Positions 21,100-31,410 of a stretch of DNA of 64,000 nucleotides are shown here, piece after piece. Position 1 is the first letter of the stretch. Each line of letters opens with the position of its first letter. A program made the translations under genes and the position numbers. The notes under the pieces were generated by a model. The model ran no database searches. It was not told where the DNA came from and saw only the letters and a list, made by a program, of their open reading frames with translations. Origin of the DNA: Pirellulales bacterium (lineage in GTDB: Bacteria; Planctomycetota; Planctomycetia; Pirellulales; PALSA-1355); assembly GCA_963733035.1 (NCBI GenBank), contig CAVTBU010000005.1, positions 1,120,001-1,184,000 on the forward strand, in the 5' to 3' direction.

Positions 21100-22379
21100 A
21101 TGCTCGATCGTAGATTCATCGCTGACAACGTCGACCTCGTTGAAGAGAATTGCCGCCGCCGGGGTTCGCAGGCAAACGTGCGGGCTTTTGCCGAATTGGA
21201 AGCGCGGCGCCGAGCCAAGCAAACCGAGATCGAAGAGCTCAATCGAAAAGCGAATGAAGTGAGCAAATCCATCGGCAAGGCCAAGGATGCCGCCGAGCGG
21301 GAAGCGCGCAAGAACGAAGGACGTACCCTGCGAGAAAAAACGGCCGCTGCCCAGGTCGACCTCGACCAATTGACGAGCGAGGCCGACGCAATTCTCAAGT
21401 CGATCCCGAACCTGTCGCATCCCGACGCGCCGCTGGGCGCGGACGATCAAGCCAATTTGGAGGTGCGCCGCGGCAAGCACGAACCCCCTAAGTTCGACTT
21501 CCAGCCCCGCGACCACGTGACGATCGCCGAAAGCCTGGGCCTGCTCGATTTGGAGGGGGGTGCCAAAGTGGCGGGCCACGGCTTTTACTTCCTCAAAAAC
21601 GATGCGGTGCTGCTGGAGTTGGCCCTGCAGCGTTATGCCCTCGACCTGCTCATTCAGGAAGGCTTTTCGCCCACCATCACACCAGACCTGGCTCGCAACG
21701 AAATCCTGCAAGGGACCGGATATATACCGCGCGGCCCGGAAACTCAAATCTATAGCATTGCCGACAGCGACCTCAGCCTGGTGGCCACCGCCGAGATCAC
21801 CCTGGGAGGTTTGCTCTCGGGCGAGATCCTCGAAGCCGACAAACTGCCCATCAAGCTCTGCGGGATTAGCCATTGTTATCGCACCGAAGCCGCGCGCACG
21901 GACGCACTTCCCGCGGGCTCTATCGCGTCCATCAGTTCACCAAAGTTGAGATGTTCGCCTTTACGCTTCCCGAACAAAGCGAGGCGATGCTCGGCTATTT
22001 CTGTGATTTGGAATGCCGGCTGTTCGATGGGCTCGAAATTGCCTACCGCGTGGTCGATACGGCCACGGGCGACCTGGGCGGGCCAGCCTATCGCAAATTC
22101 GATCTGGAGGCTTGGATGCCCGGACGCGGCGACGGGGGAGAATTTGGCGAGGTGACGAGCACGTCGAATTGCACGGACTATCAGGCTCGCAGACTCGGCA
22201 TCCGCTATCGTACCGGCGAGAAAGGCACGGCTCTGGTGCACACGCTAAACGGTACGGCCATCGCGATCAGCCGCGCGCTGATCGCGATCCTGGAGAACTA
22301 CCAACAAGCCGATGGCTCGGTTGTCGTGCCGGACGCGCTGGTGCCATGGGTGGGCAAGAACCGCATCACCGCCAGCTGA
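21100..22379 (+). CDS. serS: Serine--tRNA ligase, frameshifted near 21892
   Basis: MLD start, coiled arm, ATAE, YRTEA then GLYRVHQF, EVTSTSNCTDYQARR, HTLNGT in second frame. Confidence 0.95.
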
Positions 22380-22509
22380 CCCGCACTCACCCGCGACAAA
22401 TGGTCGCGGGCACTTGTGCCGAGACGGTCAACAGCGGTGAGCGATTGGTAAGGGACCATGACACGTTGGCTGCACGTAGACCGACAAGCCGAGCCATGCG
22501 GCCGCCGCG

Positions 22510-22686
22510 TTAGCTCCCGGAACCCAGCGAGTTGGCGATATTGCTGAACGACACGCTGGTCTTGGAACCGAGAGCCTGGATACTCACCAGACAGACCGTG
22601 ATCACCAGCGCAAGCATGACCGCGTATTCGACGGCGGTAGGGCCGTCTTCAGCGGTGAGAAATCTTTTGATCTTCGGAAATAACAT
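22510..22686 (-). CDS. flp: Flp family type IVb pilin
   Basis: FL.AEDGPTAVEYAVML prepilin/Flp motif, 58 aa. Confidence 0.92.
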   Translation of the reverse strand: MLFPKIKRFLTAEDGPTAVEYAVMLALVITVCLVSIQALGSKTSVSFSNIANSLGSGS

Positions 22687-22792
22687 GTGACGCTCCTTTA
22701 GCGTATAAAGGCGAACCGCCCCCGCAGGACAGTTCGTCCCACGGTGATACGCGTGCGCCGACGAAAACTCGGCACAACGTGACCACCTTACC

Positions 22793-22879
22793 TTTCGACA
22801 ACCGGCTACCCCGTGCAGCCTAAGCGGCGCGGGGTCCTTGGCTTTGCGTCCCGGCCTTGCGACCGGTTTGCCTTTTCGA
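22793..22879 (-). ncRNA. c-di-GMP-I (GEMM) riboswitch aptamer
   Basis: Minus strand GGCAAA-CCGGTC-GCAA-GGCCGG-GACGCAAAGCC...GGTAGCCGG-TTGTC matches GEMM-I consensus; about 110 nt upstream of pilin. Confidence 0.88.
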
Positions 22880-23084
22880 GGATGGTGGCCCAGGAGCACA
22901 CAGATCGGCTACAAGGCCGCCAAGCTCACGATAGGAAACTGCGAACTTCAGGATGTGACCCGTTCCAATCCCGTTTCGCGCCTTCGAAAGCGCGACTTTG
23001 GTGGGCTATTAGGAAACGTATGTCAACTTCGGGCCGTGTCAAATCGCGGCAAAGCGGTTTGTGCGCAATTTTGTGGCCAGGAGT

Positions 23085-24428
23085 CTAGGCGCCGCTCATC
23101 GCGGCCTGGGCTTCGGCACACAACCGGGCTGCTTCGGCCTCGGTAGGAGCTTCGGCCACGGCCCGCACAATTGGCTCGGTGTTGCTAGCCCGCACGAGCA
23201 GCCATTTGCCCGGCCAATCCAGGCGTAATCCATCCAAACGGTCACTCTGGGCATCGGCGAAATGCCGAGCAACCGCGTCGAATGCCCCGGCGATTTTCTC
23301 CCTCGGCAGGGAGAGCTTGGTTTTAACGATCGCATAGCGGGGCAGTTCATCGACCAGGGCCGCCAGCGGCTGGTCTCGGGCTGCCATCGCGTCGAGCGTC
23401 ATTGCCATGCCGACAAAGCTATCGCGCACCAGACCCACGCGGGGATCGATCGCACCGCCGTTGCCTTCCCCGCCAAATATCGCTCCCTCGGCCAACATTC
23501 GGTCGACCACGTTCGCTTCGCCGACGGCCGAGCGAAAAAAGGGAACCTTGTACTTCTCGGCAATGTCCTGCGCCATGCGACTTGTGGAACAATTGGTTAC
23601 AACCGGCCCCGGCTGACCTCGCAACCGGTGGTCGACGCAAATGGCCAGCGTGTATTCCTCGCCAACATAGCGTCCCGCGGCATCGATCAGGGCCAGGCGA
23701 TCGGCGTCCGGGTCCTGGCAGAACCCGACGTCGCAGCCGTTGGCCACGACCGCCGATAACACGCCCGCGAGATTTTCGGCCGTGGGTTCGGGCGTATGGG
23801 CGAAGTGCCCATCGGGCGTGCCTCCCAGCATCGTCATCGTGCAGCCCAACTCCGCGAGTAATTTCCGGCCAAGCACGCTACCGGATCCGTGATTGGCATC
23901 GAGTAGCACTTTGAATTTGCGACCGCGGATGCGTTCGACATCGACCGTCGCCAAAACCAGCTGCAAATGCCGCGCAATCGAATCCTGGCACGAGTGGATC
24001 GTTCCGACCTCGTCGTACGTGGCCCAAGCGGGTGCCTGCTCGCGATAGCGCTCGATTACCCGAGCGCCGGCCTCCTCGGGAATCACGCGGCCGTCAGGAG
24101 AAAAGAGCTTCAGACCGTTATATTGCAGTGGATTGTGGCTGGCGGAAATCTGGATGCCGCCGGCCGCAGCGTGCTCGCGGACCAGCACACCGGTGGTTGG
24201 AGTGGCGGCGACTCCGGCGTCAAGAACATTGCAGCCCAGGGCCGTCAGGCCGCCCTTGAGCACGGCTGCCAGCATCGGACCGGTCGTGCGACCATCGCGG
24301 GTGATTACGACGGTGCCACCTCGCAGCGGCACCGCAAAGGCGCACGCATAGCGTAAGGCGATTTCCGGAGTCAGGCTGTCTCCGACAATTCCCCGCAATC
24401 CGGAGACACTGATAATCGGCTCGCTCAC
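23085..24428 (-). CDS. glmM: Phosphoglucosamine mutase / phosphohexomutase
   Basis: SVSGLRG, SASHNP, DPDADR, GGEGNGG, RASNTEP motifs. Confidence 0.85.
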   Translation of the reverse strand: MSEPIISVSGLRGIVGDSLTPEIALRYACAFAVPLRGGTVVITRDGRTTGPMLAAVLKGGLTALGCNVLDAGVAATPTTGVLVREHAAAGGIQISASHNPLQYNGLKLFSPDGRVIPEEAGARVIERYREQAPAWATYDEVGTIHSCQDSIARHLQLVLATVDVERIRGRKFKVLLDANHGSGSVLGRKLLAELGCTMTMLGGTPDGHFAHTPEPTAENLAGVLSAVVANGCDVGFCQDPDADRLALIDAAGRYVGEEYTLAICVDHRLRGQPGPVVTNCSTSRMAQDIAEKYKVPFFRSAVGEANVVDRMLAEGAIFGGEGNGGAIDPRVGLVRDSFVGMAMTLDAMAARDQPLAALVDELPRYAIVKTKLSLPREKIAGAFDAVARHFADAQSDRLDGLRLDWPGKWLLVRASNTEPIVRAVAEAPTEAEAARLCAEAQAAMSGA

Positions 24429-24636
24429 GCTCGATGTCCTCACGTGGAAGAAGATGGGAAATTGGCCCGGCAGTTGAATCATTCTGGAAAGTCTCAAATT
24501 CTAGCACGTTTGCCCTAGCTTCGCGGCGGATTGAGAAAGCGTCGCACCAGCACTAGGCTCTGACGGACAAATCGGGCAGAATTCCGGCTGTGGCACATCG
24601 CGGCGCGCAACCTCAGAAATGGAGATCTTCGTACGG

Positions 24637-26463
24637 ATGGCTTCGACCGAAACTTTCGATCGCCAGCAGGCACTGGCAGCGCTCGACAAAGCTGCCAGCG
24701 AGAACAAGCTTTCACCCGGTGCCGTGACGAACATTCGCGTATGGCTCACCGAGCCTCGCTACGCCGAATATGCACCGCAAGTCGCCGAGCATTTGGCCTC
24801 AGGCAGGTTCCAGGAGCTCGACGACGCTTTCTGGACGATCATCCCGTTCGGCACCGGAGGCCGGCGCGGCAAGATGTATCCGATCGGATCGAACGCAATC
24901 AACGATCGCACGATCGGCGAGAGTGCGCAGGGGCTGGCCGATTATGTGAAAAGCGTCGAGGGGAATGAAAACCTCGGCTGCGCGATTGCTTACGACACGC
25001 GCCACCGCTCGCGGCATTTCGCCGAACTTTGCGCCGAAGTGATGGTGGCCGCGGGATTCAAAGTTTACTTTCTCAACGGATTCCGCAGCACGCCGGAGCT
25101 TTCGTTCGCGGTTCGCCACAACAACTGCTCGTGCGGCATTATGGTGACGGCCAGCCACAACCCGCCCAGCGACAATGCCGTGAAAGCCTATTGGTCGACC
25201 GGCGGGCAGCTCTTGCCGCCGCACGATCAGGGCGTGATCGACCGAGTGATGTCGACCACCACGATTCACCGGGTACCCTTTGCCGACGCGCTGACCAAGG
25301 GTCAGGTCGTGTACTGCGAGAAGGAAGTCGACAAAGCCTACATTGCGGCCGTTCATGGGCAAAGCTTCACTGGCCCTCGCGATCTGAAGATCATCTATTC
25401 GCCGCTGCATGGCGTGGGCGCCTCGGCCGTGCTGCCAGCGCTGGCCGCGGCCGGTTTCAAAGACGTCGAGGAGTTCGGCCCCCATGCCACGCCGGACGGC
25501 GATTTTCCGAACGTGCCGAAGCACATCTCCAACCCGGAGAACAAGGAGGTTTTCACGTCGATCATCGCTCGCGCCGAGGAAGCTGGCGCCGACTTGATCT
25601 TGGCCAGCGACCCGGATTGCGACCGCATTGGCCTGGCAACTCCCCTTTCGACCAAGAGCGGCGCCAAGTGGGCCACGATGACCGGCAACCAAATTGGCGT
25701 GCTGCTGACTGAATATCTGCTCGAAAAGTGGCAGGCCAGCGGGCGGCTGACACCACAGCACTACATCGTCAAGACTCTGGTCACGACGGAAATGGCCAGA
25801 CGCATCGCCGATGCGTTTAGCGTAGTGACTTATGGCAACCTGCAAGTGGGCTTCAAGTACATCGGCGGCACCATGGACGAAAAGGGCCCCGAGCGATTCG
25901 TGTTTGGCGCCGAGGAGTCGCACGGCTTTTTGGCCGGCACCTACGCCCGCGACAAAGACGCCGCAGTGGCGGCGATGTTGCTGGCCGAGCTGGCTGCCCA
26001 GGAAAAAGCCGCTGGCAAAACCTTGCACGAGAAGCTCGACGCCCTTTACTGGCAATACGGCTATCACGCCGAATCTCAGGTCTCGGTCACCTTGCCGGGC
26101 TCCGAAGGCATGGCACAAATCGCCGCGCTGATGAAGAAGTTTCGCCAGGACCCGCCGCGTGAGCTGGCAGGGTTCAAAGTCGTCCGCGTGCGCGACTACA
26201 AGGCACTGCTCGAACATGCTCCCGGCGGAACGCCCACGCAGTTCGACGGTCCGAAGGGAGACATGGTGATGCTGAACCTGGACGCCGACGGAACCTACGT
26301 GGCGGTGCGCCCCTCGGGCACCGAGCCGAAGGTGAAGTTCTACATGTTCACCTACGAGCCGGCCGAGCAATTGCACAACCTGGAAACGACGAAGGCGGAA
26401 CTTGCCCAGCGGCTGACGGCGCTGGCTGGCGATTTGACCAAGTTCGCGCACGTCGGCACTTGA
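24637..26463 (+). CDS. pgm: Phospho-sugar mutase (phosphoglucomutase family)
   Basis: FGTGGRRG, TASHNP, DPDCDR, GAEESHG, RPSGTEPK motifs. Confidence 0.9.
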   Translation: MASTETFDRQQALAALDKAASENKLSPGAVTNIRVWLTEPRYAEYAPQVAEHLASGRFQELDDAFWTIIPFGTGGRRGKMYPIGSNAINDRTIGESAQGLADYVKSVEGNENLGCAIAYDTRHRSRHFAELCAEVMVAAGFKVYFLNGFRSTPELSFAVRHNNCSCGIMVTASHNPPSDNAVKAYWSTGGQLLPPHDQGVIDRVMSTTTIHRVPFADALTKGQVVYCEKEVDKAYIAAVHGQSFTGPRDLKIIYSPLHGVGASAVLPALAAAGFKDVEEFGPHATPDGDFPNVPKHISNPENKEVFTSIIARAEEAGADLILASDPDCDRIGLATPLSTKSGAKWATMTGNQIGVLLTEYLLEKWQASGRLTPQHYIVKTLVTTEMARRIADAFSVVTYGNLQVGFKYIGGTMDEKGPERFVFGAEESHGFLAGTYARDKDAAVAAMLLAELAAQEKAAGKTLHEKLDALYWQYGYHAESQVSVTLPGSEGMAQIAALMKKFRQDPPRELAGFKVVRVRDYKALLEHAPGGTPTQFDGPKGDMVMLNLDADGTYVAVRPSGTEPKVKFYMFTYEPAEQLHNLETTKAELAQRLTALAGDLTKFAHVGT

Positions 26464-26596
26464 TGGATCAAGATTGGTGTCGGTCTCGCCGAGGCATTTG
26501 AGCCTGCTTCGGGCGGGAACCAGGGGGGTAGCTTGCCGGGCTACAATTAGCAGGAGTAGCGCGTCCGAACTGATGCCGCGGTGAGCATTCGCTTTC

Positions 26597-27985
26597 ATGG
26601 CCGACAACCCCACTCACGAACCGTTGCCCGAACTGCCTGACGGCGACACATTGAAGGATGTCGCCGGCGAAGGTTCGTTTGGCTTTCGCCGCGCGCTGGC
26701 CAAGGTGCGCGAGTTTCCGCAGACGCCGGGTCTCTATTTGATGAAGGACGCGGCCGGCCGCGTGATCTATGTCGGCAAGGCGAAGAACTTGCGATCGCGG
26801 GCGAGCAGCTACTTCCTGAAGGGCGCCGCCGAAGATCGCCGCACGGCCGACATGGTGCGCGAAATCGCGGACATCGATTTCTTGGAATGCGAAAGCGAGG
26901 TCGACGCCCTGCTGGCCGAGGCCCGGCTGATCAAGGATGTGCAGCCGAAGTACAACCAGGACCTCAAGGACGACAAGACATTTCCCTACCTGGAAATCAC
27001 CACCCGCGAGGATTTTCCGCGGGTGGAATTTACGCGCACTCCGCACGAGCGGGGCACGAAGCTCTATGGACCGTTCGCCAGCGCCGGCAGCCTGCGGGGG
27101 GCGATGCAGGTGTTGCAGAAGATTTTCAAATTTCGCACCTGCTCGCTTGATATCGACGAGGACGACGAGAAGTGGCGCTGGTTCCGTCCCTGCTTGCTGG
27201 CATCGATCGACCAGTGCACTGCGCCGTGCAACCTGCGAATCTCCAAGGAAGAATACCGCAAGGACATCCAGCGGCTGCGGATGTTCCTGGAGGGGAACAA
27301 GCGGAAGTTGCTCTCGGAAATGAAGGCGGAAATGCAGGCGGCCGCGGCAGCCCTCCGGTTCGAGCAGGCCGCCCGACTGCGCGACGAAATCCAAATGCTC
27401 GAGACGCTCGACGAGCGCGGTGAGCTCGACACGCATGTGCAGCCGGAGGTGTTTTACGTCGATCCGAAGAAGGGCCTGTCAGGGCTGCAAAAGGTGCTCA
27501 AGCTGCCGGAGACGCCGCGCACGATCGAAGGCGTCGACATCGCCCATTTGGGCGGCGGTGAAACGGTGGCCAGCCTGGTGCAGTTCATTGATGGTCTGCC
27601 GTTCAAGCCGCACTACCGGCGATTCAAGATTCGCGACGTGCAGGGGGTCGATGATTTTGCCAGCATTCGCGAAGTGATTGCCCGGCGGTTCCAGCGGCTG
27701 CACGACGATGCGCAGATTTTTCCCGATCTGCTGCTGATCGACGGCGGCAAGGGACAACTATCCTCGGCGCTAACCGCATTTCGCGAGCTCGACATCGAAC
27801 CGCCAAAAGTGATCTCGCTGGCCAAGCGCGAGGAAGAGGTATTCGTAATGGGCCAGAGCGAGCCGCTGCGTCTGAGCCGCCATTCCTTCGCGTTGCGCCT
27901 GCTGCAATACGTGCGCGACGAGGCCCACCGCTTCGCCCAGCACTATCACCACATCCTGCGGCGGAAGTCGATGTTGGGGGAGTGA
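26597..27985 (+). CDS. uvrC: Excinuclease ABC subunit C (short form)
   Basis: GIY-YIG YVGKAKNLR, UVR domain FEQAARLRD, DGGKGQ, RDEAHRFA. Confidence 0.93.
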   Translation: MADNPTHEPLPELPDGDTLKDVAGEGSFGFRRALAKVREFPQTPGLYLMKDAAGRVIYVGKAKNLRSRASSYFLKGAAEDRRTADMVREIADIDFLECESEVDALLAEARLIKDVQPKYNQDLKDDKTFPYLEITTREDFPRVEFTRTPHERGTKLYGPFASAGSLRGAMQVLQKIFKFRTCSLDIDEDDEKWRWFRPCLLASIDQCTAPCNLRISKEEYRKDIQRLRMFLEGNKRKLLSEMKAEMQAAAAALRFEQAARLRDEIQMLETLDERGELDTHVQPEVFYVDPKKGLSGLQKVLKLPETPRTIEGVDIAHLGGGETVASLVQFIDGLPFKPHYRRFKIRDVQGVDDFASIREVIARRFQRLHDDAQIFPDLLLIDGGKGQLSSALTAFRELDIEPPKVISLAKREEEVFVMGQSEPLRLSRHSFALRLLQYVRDEAHRFAQHYHHILRRKSMLGE

Positions 27986-28164
27986 AGCGGCGGTTTGCGG
28001 CCCGGTCGCCTCGACTTGATGAACCGCCGAGCCGACCATCTTTTCGCCGGTGGAATTTGTCTCGTTTGGCTGCCAACGTTTTATGTCCGATTGGCATTTC
28101 CGCTGAACTGGTCTACAAAGCCCATGGGTCCGGCGATGATTGCGATTCGCTCATGAACGGCCAA

Positions 28165-29789
28165 CTATTTCGGCTGCTCGCTTCGTCGGGCACCGAACTG
28201 TTCGAGCAGCTTTGACAGCCGGTGGACGATCCACGTGATCAGCTCGAAGTCGGCCAGCAGTTTGAGCACTGCTGTTTGCTGCGCGACGGCCCGCTCCCCC
28301 GTTTGCTCGCTTCCCTCGCCACGCACGCAAGACTCGCGCGCTTGCGCTACAAGCTGGCTGTGGCTGCGCGACTGCTCGCGAAGCATTTCGATGGTCTCAG
28401 GCCGGCGCGTGTCGCACGCTAAGGCCGCCACTCCCAACAAGGCTTCGAGCGCACCAAGCACCTGCTCGCGGACGAAGCCCGTCTCCGCCGCGTGCCGCAA
28501 CTCACGGTGAGATTGCCGCAACTGCACGTAGCTTTCCGCGATATAGCCAACGACAGCCGTCATTTCGCGCGCAATGTTCAGCCGCTGGGCCACGGATTTG
28601 TGCAGTGGCGCAGCGCGAGCTGCCCCGCCAACTCTTCGAGCCGTCGCGTCAGCATCGCATAATCGGTCGCCCGCCGGTCTTCAATCACCCCGGAATCGGT
28701 TCCTGCGCGATGGGCTCGCACCGAAGCTTGTAAGCTGGCCAGCAAGCGGGCCAGCTCGCGCGGGATCAAATCGACGGCCGTTACCGGGTCTTCCAGGCTG
28801 CGGGCCGAAAGGTACTTCGGCTGCGCCGCGTCGCCATCCTCGTCCGTCGGCCAAATGCGGGCTACCGCCGCCACCAAGCGCGGCAAAAACGGCGACAAAG
28901 CAATCGCCGGCAATAAATTCGACAGCAAAAACACCAGGGCCAATTGCAGCGCGATATCCGAGCTCGCTGCTTTCACGGCCGCCAGCACCAGCGGCGCGCC
29001 GGTTAACGTCTCCAGGTAATAGAGCGCCACCATCAACACGCCGCTCACCACGCAGAACAGATCTTCGAAGCGGACCAGCTGCATCGTTGTACCTCGCATC
29101 CCCAACGATAAGAGCAATCGCAGGACGATTGCGCCCAGGTTGGTGCCATAGATCAGCATCGCGGCCGATTCCAGGCGGAACACGCCCCCCGCGGCCAACG
29201 TGATCACGAGCAGCGTGGCGCCTGTGTTGCTTTGCAGAATGGCGGCCAGCAAAAAGCCAAACAGAAAGGCGACGGGCGGAGAGGCGACCGTGTGCGAGAC
29301 AAAGTTGCGGAGCCACTCAGAATGTGCCAGGGGCCCGGCCGACGTCCCCATCGTCTGCAGGCCAAACAACAACAGCGCGATGCCCACCAGAATGCTCGCG
29401 ATCTGCTTCGACAATCGATGCCGGACGAGCGTGGCCGCCAGGCCCGAAATCCCCACGGCCCAGGCCACGAAGGGATGAATATCGAGCGTCGCCACGAAGG
29501 CCAGCGCCGTCAGGCCCACGTTAGTCCACGTAATGACCGGCAGCGCCGCTTCGGGCAAAACCAGGCCGCTGGCAACCATGTTGACCAGGATGAAGGTCAC
29601 GCCCGTGGCGCTTTGCATCATGGCGCCGGCCGCCAGCCCCAGTCCAGCACCTGCCCACGCCGACGAAGTGAAGCGGGTGACGAGTGAACGAAAGCTGGGG
29701 CCGCTGAGTTGCCGTAGGTATTCGCCGACCATCTGCATGCCGACGAAGAAGATCCCCAGCCCCAGCGAGAATTCGGCGAGTTCGTTCAT
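28165..29789 (-). CDS. Na/Pi cotransporter family protein, frameshifted near 28600
   Basis: Two QS(S)-type repeats (MQSATG, LQSNTG), GTNLG, multi-TM, PhoU-like helical C-terminus in ORF 28165-28593. Confidence 0.8.
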
Positions 29790-30023
29790 CCGCAGTGGAA
29801 ACCTCTTGCCTTGTCACCGTGCCGTCTCGCATGTCTTCCGGCCGACGCCATCGTAGGATAAGGCCGGGCCCGCCCAGGAACCAGTCATCCCTCGGAAGAA
29901 GCCAACTGGCGGGTCAAAGAATCCAGGACTAGCCCGTCGAATTGACCGAAAGAGCGCGGGAAGGTTGAGCGTTCGCGGCTCGGGACGGATCGACCTTGGA
30001 GTGAGCCCTTGCGTCTCGTCTAT

Positions 30024-30605
30024 TTACCGGCTTTTCCGTTTTCGGAGCCAATGCATGGCCGCGGCACAGCCGGCCAGCGCCAACAGCAGCCCACTGGCAG
30101 GTTCGGGGACCGGCGAGACGGTGAAATTCACGCTCAAGTCGGGTGTGGAGGGAGAGGAGAGCAAAACCGCCGTCGTCGGATAGGCCGCGGTGCTGACAGC
30201 GATGACCTCGTTGCTGTGCACGAAATCGTTCACGTAGAAATCGTCAGTGTTCTGAGCGACGCTCGTAACCGTATTTGCAGTCGAACCAACGATGATCTGA
30301 TAGAGCGAGCCATCGTTGTAGACGACGTAGAAACCGGTGTTGGACAAGTCCTGCGTCGTCGCACCCAGCGGGTTGGGCGAAAGGCTGAACGCGGTGAGCG
30401 ATCCTTCCACGTGCTCAAGGCCGACGCCGCTTATCGTGTCGTCGCTGTATGTGAACGCGGCAGTTCCAGTGAACGGCTCGTTGGTATAACCCTGGCCGTT
30501 GAGCGTCACCGACCAGGAACCAGTGACGTTGAACATGCTGGCTTGCGCGTTGCCGACGAGGCCGGCGGTGGCAATGAGGGACACTAAGCAGCTGCGATAC
30601 AACAT
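30024..30605 (-). CDS. PEP-CTERM sorting domain protein
   Basis: Signal peptide; C-terminal VPEPAS + hydrophobic helix + RKRKSR. Confidence 0.9.
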   Translation of the reverse strand: MLYRSCLVSLIATAGLVGNAQASMFNVTGSWSVTLNGQGYTNEPFTGTAAFTYSDDTISGVGLEHVEGSLTAFSLSPNPLGATTQDLSNTGFYVVYNDGSLYQIIVGSTANTVTSVAQNTDDFYVNDFVHSNEVIAVSTAAYPTTAVLLSSPSTPDLSVNFTVSPVPEPASGLLLALAGCAAAMHWLRKRKSR

Positions 30606-30873
30606 AATCGGCCTTAGGTTAGAAACACCGTGAAATCGTCCGCCGGCGACGAAACAAGCGGGGGCACGCAACCGGCACTGTACCCAGACGAGCCTACCGA
30701 TACAAGGAAACCTGTGCGAACAAGTCCGATTGCAGTCGCTGGAAGATGCGATAGAAAAAAAGCGGAAACGCAGGTGAATTCAAGGGGCGTGGTACGCACA
30801 GACTCGCAAGACGCGGCGGCAATTTTTGCGATTTTTGAGAAAACCACAGAATCCGCGGACGCGGCGCATGTTG

Positions 30874-30920
30874 GAATAGGCCCGGAGGGACTCGAACCCC
30901 CGACCAAGGGATTATGAGTC
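30874..30920 (-). repeat. att-like 47-bp direct repeat of tRNA-Ile2 3' half
   Basis: GAATAGGCCCGGAGGGACTCGAACCCCCGACCAAGGGATTATGAGTC identical to 33410-33456. Confidence 0.95.
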
Positions 30921-31410
30921 GCCCGGAAGACACAAGAGAAGCCCGCGAAAACGCCAGATTCCGAGCGAGTGGACACAAAAGTGGACACAACGCCGCACGA
31001 TTCCGACTTGGCACGATTGTCGCGGCGTGGCCGAGGTTGCCCGCCCCGATCGGCGTGCCATGCTTGCTCTGATCGCCTAGTTGGGCCTGCGATGTCGCCA
31101 CCGTCCGCAAACCGCCAACGATCAATGATAGAGCCGATGGGGATCACTGCCCATCGGCTCATTGCCTGTTCGCATCCACGCTGCCCAGAGCCGTGGCCGC
31201 TTGGGTGACGAAGGTTGGTGCCGCAATCGCCAAAACGGGCCTTTGCTTAACCAACGGTTATCAGAAAGAGCTCAAGTCCCGTCACTCAGAGGCTTGAGAG
31301 TCGTTCTGAGAAATCGGAAATCCCTGCTCGTCCGAAGAACGTTGCGGCCTCTTAGCGACCTGATAGAATTGACCAATGATGCGCGGCGTCGATCTCGAAC
31401 TGCCAACACT

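Noticed and set aside
21880..21910. Programmed frameshifting in serS (likewise pyrG, ispD)
   Set aside because: No slippery heptamer; single missing or extra bases in conserved codons fit sequencing error
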